Source: Octopus bimaculoides
Taxonomy: Eukaryota
Direction: 5' to 3'
DNA length: 64,000 nucleotides
Assembly (NCBI RefSeq): GCF_001194135.2
Contig: NC_068985.1
Span: 125,869,319 to 125,933,318 of the forward strand
The notes beneath the pieces are model-generated. The model had not been told where the DNA came from. It did no database searches and worked only from the letters and a program-made list of their open reading frames with translations. Within the stretch, counting starts at the first letter, position 1. Each line of letters begins with the position of its first letter. The position numbers were made by a program, and so were the translations under genes. Shown here piece after piece: positions 1 through 14,792 of the stretch.

Positions 1-35
<35 letters not shown>

Positions 36-218
36 CTACTCTATTTAAGTAGAATACAAGTAATAATACTCAGTTAATGATAAATCAGATACAAAACTAA
101 GCTACAAAACTGTGTGTTTGTGTTTATGTATGTGTCCGTGTCCCTGTGTCTGTGTATAAGTATGTGCATATGACAGTATATATATACATATGCATACATA
201 CATACATACATATGTATG

Positions 219-252
<34 letters not shown>

Positions 253-2247
253 NNNNNNNNNNNNNNNNNNNNNNNNNNNNNNNNNNNNNNNNNNNNNNNN
301 NNNNNNNNNNNNNNNNNNNNNNNNNNNNNNNNNNNNNNNNNNNNNNNNNNNNNNNNNNNNNNNNNNNNNNNNNNNNNNNNNNNNNNNNNNNNNNNNNNNN
401 NNNNNGTATGTGTGTATAGGTAGATAGATAGATTAGTAATTACGAGCTGATAATATTTTCAAATGAACACACGCGCACACATGCATACACAGATACTCCG
501 CCCACGCCTCCATTCACTGACCCCCACTTTAAGTTTTCTGTTGTGTTGAAGAAACTTGACGTAAGGAAGAGAATGTCGATATAAAAAAATAAGACAAAAA
601 GAACACGACAATAATGAGAACAACCAACGACAAAAGAACGGGAACGGAAACAAAAAAAAAGAGACCCCCCCCCCCCCAACAGCAACAGAACATTTAAACA
701 GTAACATTAATAACAACAAGAACAAGCAGAATGAAGAACAAGGATAAAACGGATTGTAAGTAATAGCAAAATTGAAAATATAAGTGATTGAAATAAGAGT
801 ACAGAAAATAATATATTGATTATAACAAAAACGATAATAAAAAATATAATAGCAGCTGAACAATAGATGGCAGAGCAAACTTTAGATATAGCAACATGTA
901 GCTACGTACATATATGCATACATACATTCAAGCATACATACAACAACACACACACACACAAACAAACATATATAAGCGCATACACACTTACACACACATA
1001 TCATTTGATGTACAATGTACTACAATAAGAGCTAAAAAGAGTTTCAATCTCTAAGCTCATGGTTTGTTCTGTTTGAAAAATAGAACAATCCGCGTACTCA
1101 GAGCATAAAGGATTGTTTGGAGATACAAGGTACGTTATAAAAACCTACCTAACAACGTGTCTTCATGGCAAGAAACTATAAATAGTACTTATTTTAATAC
1201 AATATATATTAAAACATATTTATATTTCACACGTGGATGGCGTATGTGTTTGATGATTTTTAACAGAACAGTGAAACGCCTGTGTTAGAATGGGGGTAGC
1301 TGATGAAGGAAAATGTTCTCTATGTGGCCTGTGTGTTTTCTGTACTCTGGTTATTATTTTTTTTTGTCTATGTTTTGATTGCAATGTCCTGTACCCAGAT
1401 ATGCACCTATATATACAGGTAGACGTAAGTATGCACATACCTGTACGTATATATCAATATACTCATTTATTATTTGTTATATATATATATANNNNNNNNN
1501 NNNNNNNNNNNNNNNNNNNNNNNNNNNNNNNNNNNNNNNNNNNNNNNNNNNNNNNNNNNNNNNNNNNNNNNNNNNNNNNNNNNNNNNNNNNNNNNNNNNN
1601 NNNNNNNNNNNNNNNNNNNNNNNNNNNNNNNNNNNNNNNNNNNNNNNNNNNNNNNNNNNNNNNNNNNNNNNNNNNNNNNNNNNNNNNNNNNNNNNNNNNN
1701 NNNNNNNNNNNNNNNNNNNNNNNNNNNNNNNNNNNNNNNNNNNNNNNNNNNNNNNNNNNNNNNNNNNNNNNNNNNNNNNNNNNNNNNNNNNNNNNNNNNN
1801 NNNNNNNNNNNNNNNNNNNNNNNNNNNNNNNNNNNNNNNNNNNNNNNNNNNNNNNNNNNNNNNNNNNNNNNNNNNNNNNNNNNNNNNNNNNNNNNNNNNN
1901 NNNNNNNNNNNNNNNNNNNNNNNNNNNNNNNNNNNNNNNNNNNNNNNNNNNNNNNNNNNNNNNNNNNNNNNNNNNNNNNNNNNNNNNNNNNNNNNNNNNN
2001 NNNNNNNNNNNNNNNNNNNNNNNNNNNNNNNNNNNNNNNNNNNNNNNNNNNNNNNNNNNNNNNNNNNNNNNNNNNNNNNNNNNNNNNNNNNNNNNNNNNN
2101 NNNNNNNNNNNNNNNNNNNNNNNNNNNNNNNNNNNNNNNNNNNNNNNNNNNNNNNNNNNNNNNNNNNNNNNNNNNNNNNNNNNNNNNNNNNNNNNNNNNN
2201 NNNNNNNNNNNNNNNNNNNNNNNNNNNNNNNNNNNNNNNNNNNNNNN

Positions 2248-2280
<33 letters not shown>

Positions 2281-2455
2281 TACATAATGTATATTTGAAT
2301 ATATATGCGTGTGTGTGTGTATGTGTATGTGAGTGCCTGCGCGCGCGCGTGTGTAATTTCATTTTTATGTTTCGAATTTCAATCATTAAACTGCAAGCAA
2401 ACCATGTTACACTAGGTCACGTGAGGCTACACCAGACCACAAGGGGACACAACCA

Positions 2456-2528
2456 TCAAATATTTTCGTTTATCTGTCGCAGTACTCTTTTAGTCAAGTA
2501 ATCATTATACCGAGTACCACTTTTCCAA
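2456..2528 (-). CDS. Candidate terminal exon B of the neuropeptide precursor (tentative)
   Basis: Pyrimidine-rich acceptor ccttcattgtcattccataacag|T TGG AAA AGT... A phase-2 join gives S-WKSGTRYNDYLTKRVLRQINENI*. There is no GKR immediately after the peptide. Confidence 0.22.
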
Positions 2529-3230
2529 CTGTTATGGAATGACAATGAAGGACGCAACACCTATCACAATGCCAGGTAAGCATTTAAAATCTTTCATGAA
2601 CACATACACATATACACATGGTCTCATACTCAGACTAATACATAAAATCATTTTCAAAAGGGTTTTTCAATCAAATATTTACTATTATCTATAGCTTTAT
2701 ATGTACTTCGAGATTCCAAAAAAGAGAGTTATTCCATGCTCTCTTGAATATTCATAAAATTCTCATTACGTCAAAAGCATATATATATATATATATATAT
2801 ATANNNNNNNNNNNNNNNNNNNNNNNNNNNNNNNNNNNNNNNNNNNNNNNNNNNNNNNNNNNNNNNNNNNNNNNNNNNNNNNNNNNNNNNNNNNNNNNNN
2901 NNNNNNNNNNNNNNNNNNNNNNNNNNNNNNNNNNNNNNNNNNNNNNNNNNNNNNNNNNNNNNNNNNNNNNNNNNNNNNNNNNNNNNNNNNNNNNNNNNNN
3001 NNNNNNNNNNNNNNNNNNNNNNNNNNNNNNNNNNNNNNNNNNNNNNNNNNNNNNNNNNNNNNNNNNNNNNNNNNNNNNNNNNNNNNNNNNNNNNNNNNNN
3101 NNNNNNNNNNNNNNNNNNNNNNNNNNNNNNNNNNNNNNNNNNNNNNNNNNNNNNNNNNNNNNNNNNNNNNNNNNNNNNNNATATATATATACATATATAC
3201 ATATATATATATAATTACCTAAATACATGC

Positions 3231-3339
3231 CTATATACATATGTACAAACACGCATACAACATATATAAATCAAGAAATTGAGAAGGGTGAGCAATGTTG
3301 CTGGAGGGTAAAACATAAAACGTTGCGTCTTTTCTTTTC
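3231..3339 (-). CDS. Candidate terminal exon A of the neuropeptide precursor (tentative)
   Basis: An acceptor ccattttcag| lies 66 nt after the copy-2 donor. A phase-2 join gives ...VHA-R-KRK-DATFYVLPSS..., a tetrabasic site but with no amidation Gly. The tail runs into low-complexity sequence. Confidence 0.3.
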
Positions 3340-3405
3340 CTGAAAATGGATTTTTCATGGCTTAGCAGGATTTTGGCTTTTACTGGTTTTTGTATTTTAC
3401 TGTAC

Positions 3406-3525
3406 CTGGCGTGTACATCGACTACCCCACAGGCAACCTCGACACAACCCGGTGGTACAATGCCACCAAGTGCTAACCATGCTTGGTATTCAGCTGTTTT
3501 AATATCGCCTGTCTGGCGCTTCGAT
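3406..3525 (-). CDS. Neuropeptide precursor, peptide exon copy 2 (paralog of 4426-4539)
   Basis: cctgtttacag|A TCG AAG CGC CAG ... GAT GTA CAC GCC AG|gtacag. 120 nt, phase 2-2, encoding (R)SKR-QTGDIKTAEYQAWLALGGIVPPGCVEVACGVVDVHA. Shares 15 identical residues with copy 1 after the KR site, and the splice sites are homologous. Confidence 0.88.
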
Positions 3526-4126
3526 CTGTAAACAGGTAAAACAACACACAAATGGACATCAACAATAATGACAGAACAATTTGACACGTCGATAAGAAAC
3601 AAACGTTATAAATACGAGAAGGAATGTGAAGGAAAAGTGCACATATCAACGAAAAAGGTAATGACAACAAAATAAAATCAATATTGCTTTTTGTAATAAC
3701 ATAACAATTATAATGTGACCAGCTATATGAAATGTGGGGTGTCATTGGATAAAGATAACTATAGAAGAGGCAATGGAGTTTTACTGGAATTGGAGGTGGT
3801 TGGTAAGGTAACACGATATTCCTTTAACAAATGGTCAAAATATTTACTTAAATATTAATATATACATGCGCATATGTGTGTATGTGTGCGTAAAAGGGTC
3901 AAATATATACTTATACATTAATGTATATGTGTGTGTGCATATACTATTCATATGCATTAAATGATCTATGGAAATTGAACTCCGAGTCTGCTGTAATGTA
4001 TATAGCCGTGTTAACTACAACACAAGAGTGATAACTTATTTAGCTACCTAAATCAGAAGTTTAACCAAGCCATATTAGCGGTTTATGAAGTGTGAACTTA
4101 GCCCACACAGTATGAAGGTAGAGTAC

Positions 4127-4168
<42 letters not shown>

Positions 4169-4425
4169 TGCGTGCGTGTGTATGTGTGTGGTGTGTGTGC
4201 GCGCGCAATATTTATGAATGAAATGGTACAAAAATTTGAACTGTAAAAATTGAATCTATCATTGCTACGTTGTTAATTATTGGTATAACACAAAACCCGA
4301 AAAAAATAGTAACATTGACCATTTACTTAAGGATTTGAGGTGGGGAAGTCAGAAAGGGCTTTGGTTTAGGTCTTGACTAGGTAAAAGGATGGTGTATTTG
4401 GGGGTTGAACTAGAGCTTACTATAC

Positions 4426-4539
4426 CTCTTTTCAATATCAACTAACCCACACGCCACCTGGGTGCAGGTAATTTTTCTGGACAATGCCATCAGTGCCCGA
4501 TACTCAGCCGCTCGCATATCAGCTAGCTGTCGTTTAGAT
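4426..4539 (-). CDS. Neuropeptide precursor, peptide exon copy 1 (PXXXamide / invertebrate PTH-like)
   Basis: cctgcttacag|A TCT AAA CGA CAG ... GAT ATT GAA AAG AG|gtatag. 114 nt, phase 2-2, encoding (R)SKR-QLADMRAAEYRALMALSRKITCTQVACGLVDIEK. It has a furin-type RSKR site, N-terminal Gln and a C-x4-C pair. Family assignment is from recalled motif similarity. Confidence 0.88.
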
Positions 4540-7293
4540 CTGTAAGCAGGGGTTGTAGAAATGCATGCATTACATAAGATGTTCTGTTGCATATTCTCTT
4601 GATATCATACATAGCATGAACACTTTTCAAAAATGTAATCCATACACCGAAATATATTTTTATGCCACAGCAAAACTGAATCCATTACTTTTCATATAAC
4701 TTAAAGTGAAATTTTTATAGTTGCTAAACCTGGACCACTGCATAAATTAGCTTAACAGTCTGTGAGTTAAGTAGCATTTTCTACTTAGCAAATGGATACC
4801 ATTTACTTAATTCATCAGCCCTGTTCTCCGTGCTAGTCAGTTAAGCAGACGCTGACGAGGGTGAGAGAGCTTGAAGCTCGTCTTGTTTCCTTGTCCGTGT
4901 TTGTTGATCGTTTGGTTGTATACACTCAAGGCTTATTCTGCACCTGATCCCAACATAATTTCAGCAAAACACATGACTGGAACTCTTAAAAGTATTTTAA
5001 AACGTTTTAACTATAATTACCCTTCGTGATACCAACTTCTTTCAAAATATGTTCAAATTTATACAAATCATGTGTGCTATAAATAGAGCAATTTGACTGA
5101 ACACACTCTTTATTTTTTGTTTTGTCACATACCCAGTTAGTTTTTCATTTGTCGTTAAAATCCGTATTGATCCATACATACTAACGATTTTTTTCTTTTT
5201 CTCTCGATACCTGAAATAGTTTTCGCTATTTAATTTCCAATAATAAGCTCTGATTCTTTCATTAACTAGCATTTCAAATTATTACATCTATATGTATGCA
5301 TTCAAAGTATCTTAAAGTCGATAAGTTTCATTTCTGAGTTCTCTTAAGTTCAAATCTCATTGAGATCTACTTTGATTTTGTTCCTGATAAAATAAGTACA
5401 TGTCAAACATTGCAGTAGATTAAATCAACACTGATACCATAAACCGTATGGCTTTAAGTTACAGTTGTTGGCAATTAGCCATTTACTGCCTCCCTAGTAC
5501 TTAAGTTTACAACGCAGGCAAAACTCCATATAAATTTATGTTCGATTAGAAACTCGTATTTTACCTATACGATATGCATTGTATATGAGGCTTAAACATT
5601 TATTTTATCCCTCGGTTTGTAAACATACGTACATTCGCACATACATACATACATACATACACGCACATGTGTATATGTACATAAGTTTATATATCTGTAT
5701 ATATGTATGTATGTCTAGTAAGTTTGCTTTCTAATCACACTTCTCCTGTGTCTCAGGTACATTCAATCCTTTCGAAATTCCATAAACAGAAACTGTGTAG
5801 AAGCCGTCGGATGAACTGTATTTTTAAGGAGTGAACTTAATCCAACGACCGACTTGATTGGTTTTTCACTTTGTTGTATGCATTCGGCTTGCATTCACTA
5901 ATGTCTAACAAAAAGGGCATGAACATTGCTATTTCTCTTACGTAGACGTAACAAAATGTGAGCGGCTGATACGATACAATTATATGTATAATGTAAAAAA
6001 GTGAATTATTACAGGTATCTTTAAAGGGCTAATGATTTTGTTCACGGCCCGTATAAATAATGAGCTTCCCAGAGTGCCTACCAACAGAATAGCTTGCAAA
6101 AGTCAGTTAAACAAGCAGTAGTAGGTCGATCTGTAAGGAAAATACCTGTTTCACTTACGCTTACTCGACTTCGTGGGACGAGAGAGAGAAAGAGAAAGAG
6201 AGAGAGGAAGGGAGAGAGAGACGATGGGAAGACAGTGGCTTTCCCTCTACCGTACGTAATATTCCTAAATCTATGATCTATTTTGAGTTGCCTGGAACCT
6301 TTACTGAAAACGAGCACATGATAGTATATGGTAGTCCATAGTCAAATGTATCCTTCATTGTACATGAAGATTCGGAGTCATACTTTTTAACACTGTTAAG
6401 CGAATTTGACCTGACCGGGTGCTCTGTCAGACTTGAAACTCATGATCGAGAGCCTACTTGCCTGATTTACAAAACCAAGTGTAATCAAATAAAATCAGTG
6501 GTATTGCAGTCCAAATACTCAATAGAAGGATGGTATTCGAACTGAACAAACAGACGATAAATGTGTGTGGGGGGGAGGCGCTTTGTAATTCCAATTCTAC
6601 ATATATACAATTATTAGTACTTTCTTCGTTTTTGAGAATTATTCTCCTTTAAGCTTTCCTGTAATTTCCGTTATGCAACACACAGTAAAAGCAGCATGTG
6701 TTTTAATGCCAGCGCAGAGATAATGCATGGAAACCGTGAGGTGTCGGCATTCTCAGCCAATTGTAACATATACTATAGCCGACTTATACGTCATCTTCCT
6801 ATGTGATAAATCAAGTGAGTTATTAAATGTACGCAATTTCTGCTGGACTATGAATTAGCAGCTGTAATATTTAATCAATAAACAGTTATTTCTATTCCTA
6901 AGCATCGCAACATTCTTCAAGAGTCTAAGCACGGAGAATGTAAATTCATCTTCAGGTTATATTTTTTATTTAATATATTTAAATACCCCACTTATTACTC
7001 TAACAATGTTTGGCTAATTAAAACCATAAAGATCTCAAAAAATTGCATCACTATGATCGATTTTGTCTGGATTGTATGAACTAGGATAAGCTCCAGATTT
7101 GATGCAGTGGCATTTATACTTTTAGTCATTCATAGCTGCATCGTATCATTGTAAGTAAATTTGAGTTTCCTGTTGTTTCTGTATCCTTTTATTGTTACTT
7201 AATTATGTTTATCAGCTAATTAAGTACCATTGGAAAATATCAATACACAAGTGACAAAGAAAGTAAAATCTTCTTTCCAAATACAAAATCTTA

Positions 7294-7335
<42 letters not shown>

Positions 7336-7733
7336 TAAGATTTTGTATTTNNNNNNNNNNNNNNNNNNNNNNNNNNNNNNNNNNNNNNNNNNNNNNNNNN
7401 NNNNNNNNNNNNNNNNNNNNNNNNNNNNNNNNNNNNNNNNNNNNNNNNNNNNNNNNNNNNNNNNNNNNNNNNNNNNNNNNNNNNNNNNNNNNNNNNNNNN
7501 NNNNNNNNNNNNNNNNNNNNNNNNNNNNNNNNNNNNNNNNNNNNNNNNNNNNNNNNNNNNNNNNNNNNNNNNNNNNNNNNNNNNNNNNNNNNNNNNNNNN
7601 NNNNNNNNNNNNNNNNNNNNNNNNNNNNNNNNNNNNNNNNNNNNNNNNNNNNNNNNNNNNNNNNNNNNNNNNNNNNNNNNNNNNNNNNNNNNNNNNNNNN
7701 NNNNNNNNNNNNNNNNNNNNACATATGTGTATG

Positions 7734-7780
<47 letters not shown>

Positions 7781-8027
7781 ATCTATATATTATGTGTATG
7801 TATATGTGTGTATGTATGTATGCATGTATGCATATATTATTGTGTCTGGAGAGAGTCATTCTCTTTTAGCGCTCTATTATTAAAATCTTCGTTCCGACCT
7901 GCCACCTTTTCAATAGTCATTGAGTGCGTTAAATAATGTCACCAAATGAGAATGACTCTCTTCAGACACACAACACACGAATTTACATAATGAATCTTGC
8001 AAGCCAAATCCAGAACGAAACACAGAC

Positions 8028-8083
<56 letters not shown>

Positions 8084-8088
8084 ACATA

Positions 8089-8700
8089 CAGGTGCAGTGA
8101 ATAAAGTGTCGTCTAAATTTCGCAAAATATAATAGATGTACTTATCAAAATTACATTAAAATATCTTGAAATACAAAAGAGTAAATTATTTCAATAAAAT
8201 CGCCATTGACTTCAACCAGGGCCTCCAGACAACTTCGGAATCTCCTGCAACTCTTTTGGACAGTCTCGGCCTCTTTATTTAAGTTGGCGAATGCTGCCAC
8301 AAGCCCTCAGTTCATCTTTGGTATTAAAAGGAGTTTTGTTGGTCTCTCGCTCAACTGCGTCCTACACATAATAATCAAGGGGGTTGCAGTCCGGGGAGTT
8401 AGGTGGCCAGATGTAAGGATGGTGTGGCCGCAGAAATTGTCGTACAACCATGACTGGGTTCTCCTACTTGTATGGCATAGTGTAGATTCCTGCTGCCAGA
8501 CATAGGTTCTTCCATTAGCCACCCTCTTCATCCAGGTCAGCACACCTCCTCCAGGTACTTGATGTAGGCCTCCATGCTGAACCTGAGGCCGTGTGAGAAG
8601 ATGAAAGATGCATAACGTCGTCATCACTAGTATTCACTCCAAACACCATGATGTTGACGGTGTACTCACTGCAAGCTATGGATACATGAGTGCAATGGAA
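8089..8700 (-). mobile_element. Tc1/mariner DD37D (maT-type) transposon, 3' half, degenerate
   Basis: Minus-strand translation VNIMVFGV...WMKRVANGRTYVWQQES(D)TLCHTSRRTQSWLYDNF...WPPNSPDCNPLDYYV*DAVERETNK, with 37 residues between the second and third catalytic positions after correcting one frameshift. The terminus TA|CAGGTGCAGTGAATAAAGTGTCGTCTAAATT matches the right end of the copy at 46833-47633. Confidence 0.85.
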
Positions 8701-8747
8701 TCGCAAGAAGGTTTACCGAGAAAGAAGTCTTTGTGTGTGGCAGGTGT

Positions 8748-9007
8748 AAAATAAATAAATGCGCCCTTTTAAAGCCTAACCAGGCTCATGGACCCGGTTT
8801 CCCGGTTTCTATGGCGTATGGGTTCCCCAGCTGGACGGGACGCCAGTCCATCGCAGCGTTACTCATTTTTGCCAGCTGAGTGGACTGGAGCAACGTGAAA
8901 TGAAGTGTTTTGCTCAAGAACACAACGCGTCGCCAGGTCCAGGAATCGAAACCACAATCTTATGATCATGATGCTGACACCCTAACCACTAAGCCATGCG
9001 CCTCTAC
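8748..9007 (-). mobile_element. tRNA-derived SINE (family E) with 13-bp TSD
   Basis: Minus-strand head ggcgcatggcttagtggttagggtgtcagc...ggtttcgattcc (A and B boxes) and a (TTTA)n tail. Perfect direct repeat gtgtggcaggtgt at 8735-8747 and 9008-9020. Confidence 0.9.
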
Positions 9008-9084
9008 GTGTGGCAGGTGTGCAGGAAAAATAAAAACTGAGAGCATACAGTAAATGGATTCCTACCAACACTCAGGTTATCCTT

Positions 9085-9660
9085 AGAGGTGGTGGGTAGT
9101 TTCCGCTACCTAAGTTTTCAAATCTCAAGTGAGAGGGGATACTCTGAAAGTGTAGTTGCTTCAATTACAACCAGCTGGACAAAGTTCAGAGAGCTATTAC
9201 CTTTTTTGTTAACAAAGAACCTCTCTCCGTCTCTCTGAGTGAAAGACATATTGTATGATATTTGAGCACGAACTGCTATGCTGTATCATAGTGAAACGTA
9301 GGCTGTGACTGCAGAGAACATGCAAAGAATTGACATAAATGAAGACAGTAAGCTCCGCTGTATGTGTAATGTCATTGTGCATGTAAGACAGAATGTAAAT
9401 ATGTTGAGATAAGAAATGGATATGAGGCATCAGATGTAGTGTGCAAGGCAGAAGACATGTGATGCGTCTAGATGAAAAAAACCTGCACAAAGCAATGCAG
9501 ACCTTTAAATGTGGATGGAACTTGTGGAAGAGGGAAAGATGAGAGACGAAGTGTTGAAAATCGATCTTCAACTGTGCCTCGCAGAGGAAATGACAAAGGA
9601 GCGAGATGCTAAGTGATTTGTTGTGATTGAGAAGATTCATCTATCTAAGCTAAGTAAAGT
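9085..9660 (+). mobile_element. RTE-clade LINE, 3' ORF2 fragment, degenerate
   Basis: Frame-broken translation follows the RTE C-terminus: SFRYL...WTKFRELLP...AMLYHSET*AVTAE...LRCMCNV...GTCGRG...DL...EEMTK. Confidence 0.8.
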
Positions 9661-10035
9661 CGGTACCATAAAGGCATGTTGTTTATGTCCATGCACCTAC
9701 ACACAGTCTTCCCTGACTGCTTCTAGCACCTCCCTCATTTCCCACCCACCGCCTGATGTATTTTCCTCCCCTATATCTTCCACTCTCGTTTCGCTCCCAG
9801 GCGGATCTAAGCCCTTTCAATGTGTCCCTGTTGAATCTTTTCCCAATAATATATCTTCCTAACGCATTCTCCCTCTATTTATGTCCACTCACTTCATTCC
9901 TTCGACATTCTACCTACTTTTGAAAATTTACCTACCCATTTACCTCATCCAATCTTTGGCCCCACTTCACTTATATACACCTCTGTGTAATTTGAGTATT
10001 CCCCTTTGACTATCTTCTCCCCTTCTCTCTTCATT

Positions 10036-10071
<36 letters not shown>

Positions 10072-10189
10072 TCTCTCTCTCATCTCTCGCTCTCTATCCT
10101 CTCTTTCTTCTATCACTGTCCAACTGAGGTAGACATGCTTTTTTACTGCAAGACACTTATTTCTGTCCATCTGTACTCTAATCACTCTT

Positions 10190-10384
10190 CATCTAGCCCA
10201 AAGTCATCTGCCCCAATACTAATCTCCGCCTCAAGTTGAGGAGCCTTGTCTTGTAAGTTATTTGGTCTCCTCGCTGCTGTTAGTGCCACACAAAACGCAC
10301 ACAGTTCATTCTGTAAAGTGATTGGTGTTAGGAAGTGTAGCCAACCATGGAAGCTATGCCCAAGCAGACGGTCGAGCTTTGCTC
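10190..10384 (-). mobile_element. Fragment of an interspersed repeat (probable LINE 3' UTR type) abutting R4/Dong element B
   Basis: Abrupt switch from R4-type coding sequence to gcttccatggttggctacacttcctaacaccaatcactttacag..., a motif recalled as a common RTE-associated 3' repeat. Not verified. Confidence 0.4.
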
Positions 10385-11362
10385 AGTTTTCTGGTTTTAA
10401 ATCACTTTTATTTATTCACAGCCATCTTTTTTCTCTACCTGTCTTATCTTCAACATCCCTATGAAATTGTGCATACATTTTTTCTTTGCCTATCTATTTT
10501 CGGATTCAATCGTTTTCAATTTCTAGTACAGTACTTAATCTTTGAAATCTTTCATCCTACACAAGCCTGACCTCTTACTTCTAATAATAGCGGTTCTGTG
10601 GCATTTTTACATACTATTATATGTTGTTTTCTTCTGCTATAATGCTGTGTTCGCATCCAATAAGTCCTCTTCCTCCTCTTTTTCTTGGTACATACAGTCT
10701 GTCTGTGTCACTTTTTGGGTAGAGTGTCCCATATCTAGTTAGCAACTTCTTTGTCTTTCTGTCTAAGCTGTTTAGTTCGTTTACTGTCCATGCGATTACC
10801 CCTGCTCCATATATAAGGAGTGAAACCGCCCAGGTGTTGATAGCTTCAATCTTATTCCGTCCGTTTAATTTCGACTTAAGAATCAGTCTCAGTTTGCGCA
10901 AGTATTCCACCTGACTAACACACCACACTTTCTCTGTCCGAACTCCATTCTAATGTCAGCACTAAAAGTATACACCGTATCAACGAGGGAACTGACTTGT
11001 GCTTCATCTTTACCATAATGTTTGAGATCATCTATGAATAACAAAAGGTTGACTTTTTGTTGACGGCTTTTGAATACACACCCAACTTTTGCTTTGCTCA
11101 GCATCAGTGTTAGTGGTATCAAGCACAGTACAAAGATCAGTGAGGACAGGCAGTCCTCTTGGAAGATACCCCGCCTGATTTCCACTGTCCCTAAACTTCT
11201 TCCGTATGCTCTTAGGGCCGTCCTCAAATTCGCCATACTTTTTCCAAGTAATCGCTCAACATTCCATTATCCAAGAGTATGGGATCATATGCTTTACGAT
11301 AGTCGGTTCATGACATGGCTAAGTTACTTTTCCTCCTCTTGCAGTCTCTAAGTACAATAAAA
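10385..11362 (-). mobile_element. R4/Dong-type non-LTR retrotransposon fragment B (RT to thumb), 5'-truncated at a (TAA)n array
   Basis: ORFs 10889-11236 and 10617-10928: IRRGIFQEDCLSSLIFVLCLIPL, LLFIDDLK, YLRKLRLILKSKLNGRNKIEAINTWAV, LYPKSDTDRLYVPRKRGGRGL. These are homologous to element A. The 5' junction directly abuts the (TAA)n array. Confidence 0.85.

Positions 11363-11426
<64 letters not shown>
11363..11426. repeat. (ATT)n / (TAA)n microsatellite between element B and the 555-bp insert
   Basis: Pure trinucleotide run of about 21 units. Confidence 0.95.
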
Positions 11427-11980
11427 GAGTGAGAAAGCAGTGCATGACATCAAACTGACACTGGGGTACAAATACATGAAGCCCATTATACCCATCATGA
11501 CTACCCGTCTGATTAGGGTGCACCAGGCACATGCATCACCATCATATGTGCGTGACATCGTGATCTCATATCAAGATAAACAGCGCAGAATCTTGCAGGT
11601 GAAGTCCAGTTACAATGTTTTTCGGGTTGAGTAGCCTATCCCGCTCAAAAGATCCCTGAATAAGGTTCGTTTGAGGATGATGAACAAAACACCCATGTAT
11701 CCAGAGGTGTATTATTCAAACCCCAAAGAATTCCTCTCAGCACATGGCTATGATGCTCCCCCACTACTTCTGCTTGTGATCAGAAATGCATATATTGTCA
11801 GCCACCAAGGGACATGCTCAACTGGTTAAGGTCAAACAACTGACAAGCAAATCTGTGGTATTAAGCAGAATATTTGTTGTAGCTCATCTTTCATACCAAG
11901 ACAAAATGATGTACATGATAACACTTGCAATCAGTGAAGATCAAAAGCCATGAGAGCCACTGCCTGGTGTTGCACCAGGG

Positions 11981-11981
<1 letters not shown>
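11427..11981. mobile_element. 555-bp non-coding interspersed element inserted in the (TAA)n array
   Basis: Higher-GC complex sequence with sharp (ATT)n junctions on both sides (attatt|gagtgagaaagcag ... tgcaccagggc|attatt). No credible ORF or tRNA boxes. Terminal hairpin cctggtg-ttg-caccagg. Confidence 0.6.
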
Positions 11982-12043
<62 letters not shown>

Positions 12044-12075
12044 TATTATTATAATTATTATGTTGTTGTTGTTGT
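11982..12075. repeat. (ATT)n followed by (TGT)n, the 3' flank of R4/Dong element A
   Basis: Direct reading of the sequence. Confidence 0.95.
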
Positions 12076-14392
<2,317 letters not shown>

Positions 14393-14703
14393 CTTGTACT
14401 AGTTTTGTTCATATTATATTTTACGAATCTTGGAAACAAGTGGCGCTTAGCGTTTAATAATTATTAACTGCTAAACACCACTTGATTCCTCGAATCCGAA
14501 TTTTCTCTCTATATTGTGCATAAGAGATGTGATTAATTACAACAAGCTATCGCATTAATTAAAACAAAGTTAAATGTATCATGTGTCGGAATTTTAAAAT
14601 GATCTACACGTTTCTATATAACAAACAACTTGCAATGATTTTTATGAAAGCAATTTCTTAGTTATGACGTTATTAGAAATATTGCAATGTAAAAACTACT
14701 TAC

Positions 14704-14792
14704 CTCAATTCTTCCTCTGGGATATATCGTGCATTTACAAGAGAAACTAGCACCATGCCAACAATGCTAAGTATTAAAATGTGTCGTGTCAT
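14704..14792 (-). CDS. First coding exon of a secreted neuropeptide precursor (signal peptide plus short spacer)
   Basis: Minus strand reads tcttctctcatttgatttcag|ATG ACA CGA CAC ATT TTA ATA CTT AGC ATT GTT GGC ATG GTG CTA GTT TCT CTT GTA AAT GCA CGA TAT ATC CCA GAG GAA GAA TTG AG|gtaagt. This gives MTRHILILSIVGMVLVSLVNA RYIPEEEL(R): basic n-region, hydrophobic core and a V-N-A cleavage motif. The consensus donor is phase 2, exactly what the downstream exons need to form R-S-K-R. Confidence 0.85.

Noticed and set aside
3346-3531. Plus-strand 61-aa ORF with a hydrophobic N-terminus (MDFSWLSRILAFTGFCILLYLAC...) that looks secreted
   Set aside because: It is the antisense shadow of peptide exon 2. 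The minus strand has the splice sites, a paralog and a cleavage motif.
4843-4886. CTGACGA...GAAGCTCGTC hammerhead-like words
   Set aside because: GAAA is broken and stem II barely pairs. Too degenerate to call.
6070-6135. Acceptor-like ttttccttacag|atcga resembling the starts of the two peptide exons (possible third copy)
   Set aside because: There is an in-frame stop after 8 codons and no RSKR or Cys motif. The similarity is too short to support.
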